A stretch of 64,000 bases of DNA from Heptranchias perlo (lineage: Eukaryota), in assembly GCF_035084215.1 (NCBI RefSeq), contig NC_090345.1:5084001-5148000 (forward strand), given 5' to 3'. Shown piece by piece: positions 11,629 to 22,418 of this stretch (position 1 is its first letter; each line of letters starts with the position of its first letter). The notes beneath the pieces are model-generated. The model ran no database searches. It was not told the origin of the DNA and worked only from the letters and a program-made list of their open reading frames with translations. The position numbers and the translations under genes were made by a program.

Positions 11629-13202
11629 TGTAACATTTGAAGGAAAGGGTTAACTGGCCCTTTTAAACAAATACATTTGAAAACTACAAACACAGCAACT
11701 GCCAGAATTTGAAAAGCTTTTAGAGCAAATATAAACATTGGAAAAGCTTTTAGAAGTTTATAACAGGGCTTGTAAAAATAACTGATATGAAAAGGGAAGA
11801 CATCTTTGAAACCGTTAGAATCGGAGACATCACGGCTATAAAACAAGTCTGAGTATAGAAAGAAGAGGCCCTACCCGTTCCAATTGCCCAAGAAGTGAAT
11901 TGGAACCATTAAGGCTGTTGGAATTGTTGAATGAAACAGGATATGCAAGACCATAAAAGAGTCCAAACAAAGATAAGAGGGGGCCCCCCCATATTCCAAT
12001 GGTTTGAAATAATTGCACCTGGTCATAACTGAGGTACATCAAAGAGACGTAGTAATGGATGGAGCCTAGCAACGAAGGGGGTGATTGGACAAAAAGAATG
12101 ACGCTTTCCCCCAATCCTATGTCCCATTGGTCAAAAACGATATAAAAATACCTTGAGAGCAGACACTGCAGTCGAAGAGTGTAAGAATTTGTTTAAAACA
12201 AACATAGAAAATAGGAGGGCAAAGGTCCGCATCTCTGAGGAAAATAACTTACAGAAACCCAAGAGGTCATTGAAAGAGTATTGAGGCATTAGAATAGTGA
12301 AAAGCATTTAAGATTCACGGGACAGCATGTCCTAACTTAGTATAAACATACTAAGACCTGATAACGATAAAAGGCTACGTAAACATTAAGACATTAAACA
12401 ATCCTTGGTGGTTTTTGGAGAGTCAGCACAATAGGATGGTTTACGAACAGGAGATGAGACTAGCGGAGCTTACGTATAGAACAACGCAGCCGAATAGTAT
12501 AAAGAAAAGGCATGCTCCCTCCCAAAAGTTAGAGCTCTCAAGAGGAGATGGTCGGAAGTCCATTGCCACAAGCAGTCCGCGAAGACGAAGTCTGATCAAC
12601 TTGGATACAGCGGACAGATCAGGTTGTACTGATTCCTTGTCATTAATGTAATCTGTAGACAGTTGTATTATAACTATAATATTGTTTAACGTAATATTGA
12701 AGACAGCTGTAGTGCAAGTATGTTGTAGGTCAATCTATTAAACTTGCTATTTTATAACCACTCGGGCTAGAATCAAGCGGAGGTTATTGTTGATGGATTA
12801 ACAACCCACAGTTGCAACGTAACAGGAAAAATCTGCTAACAAAGAGCTTGAAAGAATTACATGAAGGACATCCGAGAAACAAAGACAAAGACCTCAAGTC
12901 ACAAGGAGCTGATCACTCTGAAATGCCTTGATGCAAAAACCCTTGGTTTAAGGTTGTATGTATTGTGTGATTTGCCTGATGTTTGTATGAATTGTTAAAT
13001 CATTAAATAATCAAGTTGCGAGCCACTAAGTGTATAAAGAGTAGAATAAGGTTGTATTGATTGCTTGATTTGATTCATGCTTATATGAATTATAATATCA
13101 TTAAATAATTACTTTTGATTAACAAAACTACTATGAGTGTGACTTTCTTTGACTGACTGTTGTCCAGATTCAAGAATCACAGGAAATCAAGTTTTCCCTA
13201 TA
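11629..13202 (+). mobile_element. LTR-like cassette 3 (5' LTR adjacent to the PBS)
   Basis: Starts TGTAACA; ATTGG/CCAAT boxes at 12085-12130, TATAAAA at 12141, duplicated ATTAAA-containing segment at about 12950-13110; ends ..CCTATA, 4 nt before the PBS. Confidence 0.65.
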
Positions 13203-13206
13203 TAAT

Positions 13207-13224
13207 TGGCACCCCAGATGGGAC
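13207..13224 (+). promoter_or_regulatory. Retroviral primer-binding site, tRNA-Arg(CCU)
   Basis: TGGCACCCCAGATGGGAC is the complement of ..GUCCCAUCUGGGGUG-CCA, the 3' end of vertebrate tRNA-Arg(CCU) as recalled from memory. Confidence 0.8.
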
Positions 13225-14520
13225 CTGATAGTCAGATAAAGAAAGAGTAAAATACTGTGTGAAATAAAATACTGTGTGAATAACTGAAGGGGTTAAAATA
13301 CTTTCAGTGAGAAGAGGAAGAACAGTCTGAGGTATTGAATTCGGTAAAGGAAGCCGAGGATGAGAAACTAATGGAGAAACAGTTAGAGATGAAAGCAATG
13401 GGAACAGCTTGTTCAGAAGCATTTAACATTTCTGTAGGAATGGGCTGTCTCAAAGCTGATAAGATGTTCAGTGAAAAGCTAAAATGAGGGAGTTGTGAGC
13501 ATGGTCAAAAGGGATGCAGAATGTGAGTTGCAGAGGTGAGACCAGCAGTGAGAGATGCAGTTCTAGGGGTTCAAGGCGGTGAACCGAGAAATTTACTGGG
13601 ACTTTCGACTGGTTCCTCAGTGCCCCCTTTCCCCTTTGCTCCATGTCATTACACCCCTTGTAGCAACAGAGAAGAGGGAAAGAAATTGTGCAGAAGGACA
13701 AGGAGTTAAAATCAGTCCTTTCACAGCAGACATAGGCAGTAAAGGAATTATGTAAAAATGTTTTGGTTAGATACACCAAATTTAACAAAAGATTTCGGAA
13801 AAAGAGAGAGAAATTAAAAGTCATCAAGGCTATTACCCGTACCTCCACCACACCAGGCTTGGGTGAGGACACGGATTGTGAGCTTGAGACTTTGAATCAG
13901 TACAGAATGGGGTTAAGTCGCAAACATCAGCAATTGAAAATTGGTTTAAGTGAAAAGGGATAAATTAGTCTGATGGAATAAAGAAGGAGAAAGGGGAAGT
14001 TCCTGTCTCTTCTACTGTTCTACAGAAATATTTTGTTTTCAGTGTATGTCCTTTTAAAAGACTGTGTGACTGTTACTGTCTCTTTCAAAAGCCCGTGTGA
14101 ATGTTTCAATGCTGTGGCTCCGCCCTCTTTTACAAGACAAAGAATGTTACAAAGATTTTGTTTAAACTATGAAAGCTAACTTTTCCTTCAGTTATATTCA
14201 GTATTTTTACAGTCTTTTGTTAAGGTGCCTGAAGAAAAAACAAAACAAAAGACGATGTAATTTATTGGGTTTTAGTAAGCATGTGCTATTTTGATAATTT
14301 TATCTGTTCTGTATCATGTTAAGTTTAAGATATTGCTGAATGAAATTGGAGTTATTGAGGTTAACTAACCTATTACATTAAAAAACAGACTTTTATTGAG
14401 GCCACAGAGAAATTCTGGTTATGGTAATTTGTGTGGTAGTCTCTAATTCCAGACCTGAGATTATCATATATAAAAATTGGAATTTTGAATTTCCTAAATG
14501 CGTAATGATTTTAAATTTAA

Positions 14521-14651
14521 GTTGTGTTGCGAAATGAAGGAGGTAGCCTCCGAAAGCTTGTGAATTTAAAATAAAATTGCTGGACTATAACTTGGTGTTG
14601 TAAAATTGTTTACAATTGTCAACCCCAGTCCATCACCGGCATCTCCACATC
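14521..14651 (+). mobile_element. Penelope 3'-terminal fragment (truncated hammerhead plus tail)
   Basis: Nearly identical to the termini at 22064-22180 and 59465-59574 (GCCTCCGAAAGCTTGTGAAT...CCAGTCCATCACCGGCATCTCCACATC). Confidence 0.9.
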
Positions 14652-16849
14652 TTAAAATATTGGGACATTTGAGGTGACTCTATAAGTTTAATTATCTTGG
14701 TTGTGGAATGTGATAGCTGTTAGCAAACTGGCACCCTTTGATCTTGTGATTGTGGTCAAAACAAAGTGACTGAAGGAAAAAAAGAATGATTGAAGGATCT
14801 CTGCTATCTCTAGCATAACGATCTGAAGACATCTTGTAGTTGCATTGTACTACAGATTTGTTTCACAGAATGTTTAAAGTTAATTGCGATGTTACTAATG
14901 ATTTCTGCTTGTTTTAACAGATTTTATTACCCAGAATTTAATTGTATTGGGATCTTTGTGCAAGTCATCACTGTCTTAACAGCACAAAGACTTTTTGGGA
15001 GGGAAAAAAAATCAATTTGAACTTCTTCAAAGCACTTTGTTTAAATTGGATTACAGCTAAAAAAAAAAGCTGCTATTGTAATTGAGTCCTCCCCCTCCCT
15101 CTGAGCTCCCAGCATTTATATCTGATGAGTCACAGCTTTCTAAGTGGAAATAGCAGTCACTGTGCAAATTGTTTCACTGTTCCTTAATGAGTTCCCAGAG
15201 AGAGACTTGGGCGATGGGACAGAGAAGCTAGATAATCTCGCAACACTTTCTCTGGGTTTGTTTCAGTTTAAAGGGATAATTCTTTGAAATTTAGTGCTAT
15301 TGTTGCAGTACTTTAGTCAAGCATATGACATTTTTAAGTTTCTTAATTTATGTGGATATTTCCCCACGGTGATAAAAGGAAACATTGGGCATTATTTCTG
15401 TGCTCCCTTTGCTGACGATTCCTCCTGGAGTGAGGTGACTAGATCAATCTACAGAAACATGCGTAGAGCCCTCTCTCGACCCGGGATAATGAGCGGCAGA
15501 AGGAAATTAATAAATTGTTTGTTATTTTTAACCCGTTAGCTCTCCAGAAGAGTCACAATGGATTTTCTGTTCATCTTTTCTTTTAAAAACAGGGAACCAT
15601 GGTTTTCGGGACCACGAAAGTGTTGGTGTAGGGAGCGATCCCCTGGTGTTAAGAATTTAAGACCTTATCTGCAGACATCGGTAGATGTCAAATGTCACAG
15701 CATGGCGACATTTGGAATAAGATCTTGCCTCTCAAAAAGGCTTGGCTTTAACCCATCCAGAGTTATTTGTTAGTTTCCAAGACAGAGTACTTGAGAGGAG
15801 GGGGAAAATGGGAGTCACATCCAAAAGTAATTACAAGCACTTCTGTCTCTACTGTAAAACCACCAAGCTTGGGCATAATTTGTTTATGACACTGAAATTG
15901 ATAAGTTAATTTATGAGTTGGAGTTCAAGCACTTGAGAAGGGAAAATTTACCTGCTGTTTAAGGGAATAATCAACATTTTTTTTTGGAAAAGAGACCAGT
16001 CTAAGTGGTTCCTGTCCAATGCTGTGCATCAGAGGGAGTATTTGAGGAAATAAAATTGTACATTGACAAGTTCTGTCGGTCCAATAATACTGCTGTCTAG
16101 AATTGGAATAACTTGGACCAGGTTGGGAACATTTAGTCTATGTTTTAAGGGTTAATGATATTGTATCGGACAGTAAAGTTCCTCTAGAGATCTGAGGAAT
16201 GAGTTGAAATGGTTAATTGATAGCTTTCTCTTGGAGATGTTTGTGTCCTTGCCTATATTGAACAATGAGAAACCTGCATTTGACAGTCTGGCCACTACCT
16301 GAGACATTGGGACCAAGCAGGGGGAAATGAAATGGTTAATGTGGCTCAGGAAAGTGAGAAAACCTTTTAAACAAGGGCATTGACACATGCTCCATAGAGA
16401 AACCGACCAATTAATGAAACAATCAGGATAGAGTCAAACACACTGGTGCCTATCAGAGAGATTGAAATTAACGTAAAGAGGGACATAGAAATTTGGATTT
16501 CCAAATTCAGGGTTAGGTTCCTTTGAGTTAACAATAAAATTGGGACTGAGGCTAGGGAGCCACCCCGCCCAACCCTAAATCCAGGTCCCGGAAACGGTCT
16601 GGTGACTTTTTAAACTTGTGAATGTCTTACATCATTGTATAACCAATCATTATCCGGACTCGGCAAGGAGTTCGTAATGATGTCCGTTATGAGTTGATAT
16701 CCCTTTCAGAGAAAGCCTTTCCACCAGGGCTATGCCATCCGGCCCACAGTAAATTATATAGTGCAATGCTGCAGGAGATAGTACATGACTTTCACCAACG
16801 AAATTCAGGTCAGGATTTAGACCAAACAACCTCACGAGCCAGGCTATAA

Positions 16850-17626
16850 ATACAGAGAAGGGGTGTAGCCGAGTGGATAGGTATTGGAGCTATGGCAGGC
16901 ACTTCAGCGTGGAATAGATTAGTTATTGAATCAAATGTGGGAACATGATGAATCAATGTGGAAACAAATGAAGGGTAATTTATGAGACATGAATAAGGGG
17001 GATAGAGATTTGATATATGAAATGCTACAGGATTCAGTATCGATACCCAGAATAACTAATGGCAGACGTAAATGACATAATCAATGGAAGTAATCGGGAG
17101 TATAAGGATCAGAATGTATCCAAAGCCATTACATGCAGCATGTATGAGGGTTTCCTATATAAATGCAAATTGTTGTTGTTGTATTAAATCAGATACAACT
17201 GGATTGAACGATATAGAGAATAACGAGATCCCAAAATGGGTTACTGATAAACATTTATGGGAATGGTATAAGGCAGACTATGACCTATGTAAGGCTAGAA
17301 GATATGGAATAGTATATCTGGTTCGAAAACCATGTAATACCACAACGGGAAAAATGGTTCTCGCACTGCTGATAGCTGTGCCTCAAATACAGGACAAGCC
17401 AAGGGAAGTATTTAGTGTACAGTCTGTGGTTACGCCTGAGGGAGATACCTTTAAAGAACTCACCACCTTTCCCAAACACCTGGTAAGGAGACACGAAGGA
17501 GAATGGAACAGGGTGAAACTGTCTTGTTGTAGACTGGTGTCAGGGACCTGGATTTGTCGATATGACATATCCACATGTCTACATGTGGGTTCACTGTGGG
17601 GGATGAGGTCCCTGAATGCCTGGTGA
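16850..17626 (+). pseudogene. Retroviral env remnant (TM subunit; class III / spuma-, SnRV- or loki-like fusion protein)
   Basis: IQRR|GVAEWIGIGAMAGTSAWN at 16850-16915 resembles a cleavage site plus fusion peptide; disrupted coiled segment follows; ORF 17084-17626 contains IPKWV..LLIAVPQI..VFSVQSV..FPKHLV..WNRVKLSCC..WIC. Confidence 0.65.
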
Positions 17627-18154
17627 AAGTTATCAATAGGTGGATTGGATATCTCCTGATCAGTCCTTGATAGCTTTTGAATTGAGCTGAGAGTTAATTG
17701 GTGAAGCTGACGGTAGAACTGTGCTGCTGCGGCTTGTCAATTTGAGCTGGCATTATTTGGAGGAGTCCCAACGCCAAATAAATTAGATGCATTCCTAGAC
17801 GTTAACCTGAAAACTGGAAGGGAGGGAGAAAATAGGGTAGGAGATGGTGCAGAGGACCCACTGAGCATGCTCAGTAAGCACAGTGCATAGTGGTATCATA
17901 ATAGGTACAGCACAGGAAGAAGCCATTCGGCCCATCGTGCCTGTGCCGGCTCTTTGAAAGAGCTATCCAATCAGTCCCACTCCCCTGCTATAGTATCATA
18001 GTAAATTGATGGGGATATGCAATTACTTGTTGGTGAGAACTGAGGGTTATGTGCTGCCATGGTTCCCCTGATCACACACATTTTTTTTAAGAAGCTATAT
18101 TGTGGAATTGTTGTGATCTTCCTACATGCATGCGCCCTGCCTCCACACCGCTGT

Positions 18155-18324
18155 TCATTTCTTGGCTTTCCCCTGAGCTGCAACAGCAGCCATTGCTGCC
18201 TTTACGGTCTCCTCGTCTCCCAGGAACTGCATGGGCTTGACTGGCTTCAGGTTCTTGTCCAGCTCGTACATAATGGGGATTCCCGTCGGGAGATTTAGCT
18301 CCATGATGGCTTCCTCAGACATGC
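18155..18324 (-). CDS. PGAM1: Phosphoglycerate mutase 1, last coding exon
   Basis: (G)[55 protein letters not shown]; TAG acceptor at 18327-18325; TGA at 18157-18155. Confidence 0.96.
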
Positions 18325-18689
18325 CTACCAAGCAAAGAACAGACGACTCAAATCATTAGGAACAGAGAAAGGAACACAGTAACAAAGCAGAGGGGTCAGC
18401 GACCAGGGGGCATAGATTTAAAGTAATTGGTAGAAGGGTTAGAGGGGAGCTGAGGAGAAATGTTTTCACCCAGAGGGTGGTGGGGGTCTGGAACTCACTG
18501 CCTGAAAGGGTGGTAGAGGCAGAAACCCTCAAATCATTTAAAAAGTACTTGGATGTGCACTTGAAGTGCTGTAACCTGCAGGGCTACGGATCAAGTGCTG
18601 GAAAGTGGGATTAAGTGGGCTCTTTTTCAGCCGGCACAGACACGATGGGCCGAATGGTCTCCTTTTGTGCCGTAACTTTCTATGATTCT

Positions 18690-19345
18690 ATAGGAACAGG
18701 AGGAAGCCATTCAGCCCCACGAGCCTGTTCCGCCATTCTGTTAGATCATGTCTGATCTGTCCCTCAACTCCATTTACCTGTCTTGGTTCCATATCCTTTA
18801 ATATCTTTACCTAACAAAAATCTATCAATCTCAGTTTTGAAAGTTTCAATTGACCCCCAACTTCCACAGCTTTTTGGGGGAGAGAGTTCCAGGTTTCCAC
18901 TCCCCTTTGTGTGAAGAAGTGCTTCCTGACATCACCCCTGAACGGCCTGGCTCTAATTTTAAGGTTATGCCCCCTTGTTCTGGACTCGCCCACCAGAGGA
19001 AATAGTTTCTCTCTATCTACGCAATCAAATCCTTCAATCATCTTAAACACCTCAACTAGATCACCCCTTAATCTTCTATACTCGAGGGAGTACAAGCCTA
19101 GTCTATGCAACCTGACCTCAGAATTTAACCCTTTTAGCCCCGGTATCATTCTGGTGAATCAGTGCTGCACCCCCTCCAAAGTCAATATATCCTTCCTGAG
19201 GTGCGGTGCAGTACTCCAGATGTGGTCTGACCAGAGCTTCATACAATTGAAGCATAACTACCACTCCTTTGTATTCCAGCCCCCTTGAGATAAAGGCTAA
19301 CATTCCATTTGCCTTTCTAATTATTTTTTTGTACCTGTCCACATT
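18690..19345 (-). mobile_element. CR1-type LINE 3' fragment
   Basis: KANGMLAFISRGLEYK..LVRPHLEYC and RRLRGDLVEVFK..RTRGH..KHFFTQR are typical CR1 ORF2 C-terminal motifs. Confidence 0.85.
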
Positions 19346-19659
19346 GCCGTGTCTGTATGAATGAATGTGGAATTCTTTCTAGCTTTCTGACTAGTCCCTG
19401 CTAACCACATGGTGATAACGAGTCAAGTAGATGGCAATCGGTCACATTCCACAATAAACACAGAAGGCAACCATAACACTTTCACACCAAAATCTGAAAC
19501 TTTAAGCTGAAATAACATCAACCTTTTTTTTAAAAAAAAGTGAAAGTTCAACCAAATTGAAGTAACTGTGTAAACATTTAAAAATTCAATTGTCACTAAG
19601 TTGAAGTCACGACCTGCTCAAGTTCTAGTCCCATGCAAAGCCTGGGACTCAACTATTGA

Positions 19660-20180
19660 AAAAAAACTTTTTAAGTGTAGTCACTTAATGTAGGAAACGC
19701 GGCAGCCAATTTGCGCACAGCAAGGTCCCACAAATCAAGTAGGAAAAGATATTGTAGAGAGAGAATTATTTGGATAGATGACTTGGTATGGTTTTACAAG
19801 GAAATGCAGCCTTGACAGGGAGTGATTGATTGGGTTAGATGGACTGAAATAATATTTAAAGCAATGAGATAATGACCAGATAATCTGTTTTAGTGATGTT
19901 GGTTGAGGGATAAATATTGGTCAGGGCACCGGGGAGAACTGCCCTGCTCTTCTTCAAAACAGTGTTGTGGGATCTTTTACATCCGCCTGAGAGGGCAGGC
20001 AGGCAGGCAGGGTCTTGGTTTAACGTCTCATCCTAAAGACAGAACCTCTGACAGTGTAGCACTCCTTCAGCACTGGCACTGAAGTGTAAACCTAGATTAT
20101 GCGCTCAAGTCTCTAGAGTGGGGTTGCAACCCATGACCTTCTGACTCTGAGGTGAGAGTGCTACCCACTAAGCCATGGCT
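19660..20180 (-). mobile_element. tRNA-derived Deu-type SINE with an internal insertion
   Basis: Same SINE family; interrupted at about 19735-19860. Confidence 0.7.
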
Positions 20181-20804
20181 CTAGGGTTCATCCACCAATC
20201 AGGCAACAGCAACAACAGCTCACTCCCTATGGCCTCTCTGAAATAGATTATTGATTTAGTTGCAGTTGAGGTGGGGGAGGGGGGCAGCTTTGTGTTGTGG
20301 TTCCGTGCCCACTTGGAATTGAACGAAGATGGGCCAAGTTCATCTCACTACAGCCAGCACACAGAGGAGAATTTTATCCCATCAGTTTACTCTGAGCCGT
20401 GGAGAGATCAGGGGAGCATTTCTGGACCGGAAACCCGAAAGTGTGGGTTTCCTGTGCGTCCCGACGATTTTGAGGCCAGGACGTCTTTTAAATTTTTTCG
20501 GCAGGTTTCCCGCCCGACAGGCAGCGAGATTGACAGATGACAGGTGACAGATTGACAGGCTGGCTGCCAGTCAGACGGGAAAGCAGCTGGGGAGCGGATG
20601 CCAGGTAAGTCTGACGTCAGGGGGCTTGGGGCTGGACATGGGGGAGGGCGGGGGCGGTGGCGGTGGCATGGGTTGGTCATGGTGGGGTGGGGGTAAAATA
20701 GGAGATTAAACACTAAGCTTTTGGTCAGGCCCCAGGCCTGCACATTGTAAATGCAGGAAATGAAAATCACTCAACATGTGGAACTCCGTTGGGAACCGAT
20801 TTAC

Positions 20805-20985
20805 CTTCCAGGTGTTTGACGACGCCTCTCAGACTGTTGCCGTGAGCTGCGATGAGCACCCGCTTCCCAGCTTTAATCTGCGGCACAATCTCTTCATCCC
20901 AGAAGGGCAGGGCGCGGGCAATCGTATCCTTCAGACTCTCACAGGAGGGGAGCTCGTCCTCAGATAGGTCGGCATAGCGACGGTC
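20805..20985 (-). CDS. PGAM1: Phosphoglycerate mutase 1, coding exon 2
   Basis: 181 nt; [29 protein letters not shown]...[15 protein letters not shown](G); AG/GT flanks. The DRRYADL segment is PGAM1-type rather than PGAM2-type. Confidence 0.97.
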
Positions 20986-21316
20986 CTGGAGAAACAAGCG
21001 CATATTTGGACACCGAGAACTGGACAAACTACAGGTGTGTTACTTGTAAAAAAAAAAGGGGGGGGGGGAGGAAGCTGTGCACTCCCTCTTTTTATTTGCT
21101 TTTTTTTGCGCGAAATTGTACACTGATTGAGATGATGGCCTCGGTTTAACATCTCATTTAAAACGATGCCACCTCTGACAGTGCAACACTTGCTCAGTAC
21201 TGCGCTGGGAGTATCAGCCTAGATTGTGTATTCAAATCTCGGAAGGGGGACTCAAACCCACAACCTTCCAATTTAGAGGTGAGACTGTTACCCACTGAGC
21301 CACAGAGAAACTATAC

Positions 21317-22063
21317 TAGAACCATAGAAAAGATACAGCACAGAAGGGGGCCATTCGGCCCATCATGTCTGCACCGGGTCGAAGAACAACCAGGTGCCCA
21401 TTCTAACCCCTCCTTCCAGCACCCGGTCCGTAGCCCTGCAGCTTACAGCACTTTAGGTGCAGGTCCAGGTACTTTCTAAAAGAGTTGAGGGTCCCTGCCT
21501 CCACCACCAATTCGGGCAGCGAATTCCATACACCCACCACCCTCTGGGTAAAAAGGTTTTTCCTCATGTCCCCTCTAATCCTTCCGCCAATCAGCTTAAA
21601 TCTATCTTCTCTAGTTCTTGAACTCTCCGCTAGGGGAAACAGGTACTTCCTGTCTACTCTATCTGGGCCCCTCATAATTTTGTACACCTCAATCAAGTCA
21701 CCCCTCAGCCTCCTCTCCTCCAAGGAAAACAACCCCAGCCTATCCAATCTCTCCTCGTAGCTGCAATTCTCAAGCTCTGGCCACATTCTTGTAAATCTTC
21801 TCTGCACTCTCTGCAGAGCAATTACATCCTTCCTGTAATGTGGTGACCAGAACTGCGCACAATACTCCAGCTGTGGCCTTACCAGCGTTTTATACAGTTG
21901 CATCATTACATCCCTGCTTTTGTATTCTATACCTCGGCTAGTAACGGAGAGCATTCCGTATGCCTTCTTCACAACCTTATCTACCTGTACTGCCACCTTC
22001 AGGGACCCGTGCACATACACTCCAAGGTTTCTCACTTCCTCTACCCCTCTCAATATATTCCCG
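21317..22063 (-). mobile_element. CR1 LINE, 3' part (split by the Penelope insertion)
   Basis: Open frame GNILRGVEEVRNLGV..LVRPQLEYCAQFWSPH..RRLRGDLIEVYK continues from the 25968-26500 segment. Confidence 0.9.
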
Positions 22064-22148
22064 ATGTGGAGATGCCAGTGATGGACTGGGGTTGACAATT
22101 GTAAACAATTTTACAACACCAAGTTATAGTCCAGCAATTTTATTTTAA

Positions 22149-22189
22149 ATTCACAAGCTTTCGGAGGCTTCCTCCTTCGTCAGGTAAAT
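22149..22189 (-). ncRNA. Minimal type I hammerhead ribozyme (Penelope-associated)
   Basis: Reverse complement reads AUUUAC-CUGACGA-A-GGAGG-AAG-CCUCC-GAAA-GC-UU-GUGAAU. Confidence 0.8.
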
Positions 22190-22418
22190 GTTCAGGAGCT
22201 CCTTGAAGCCTACGCATTTATACATATAGAACAATACATGGTGTTTACAGACTGCCCCTGCAACTGCCCGTTGCCAAGGCAATCACCGTGTTCAGACAGA
22301 GAGGTGTCACCTGCAGAACCCCCGAATACACATTCAACAAAAAAACAAACAGGAAAAAAAAACAGAGAGAGGCAGAAACATCCGGAAGGCAGAGAAAGCC
22401 AGCAAATGACCCATTATA

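Larger units (their letters stand above)
13225..17800 (+). mobile_element. Decayed ERV internal region with no intact gag/pol and no 3' LTR seen
   Basis: Lies between the PBS and the env remnant; AT-rich with many stops; a possible integrase trace WNKILPL near 15713-15733. Right boundary uncertain. Confidence 0.55.
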
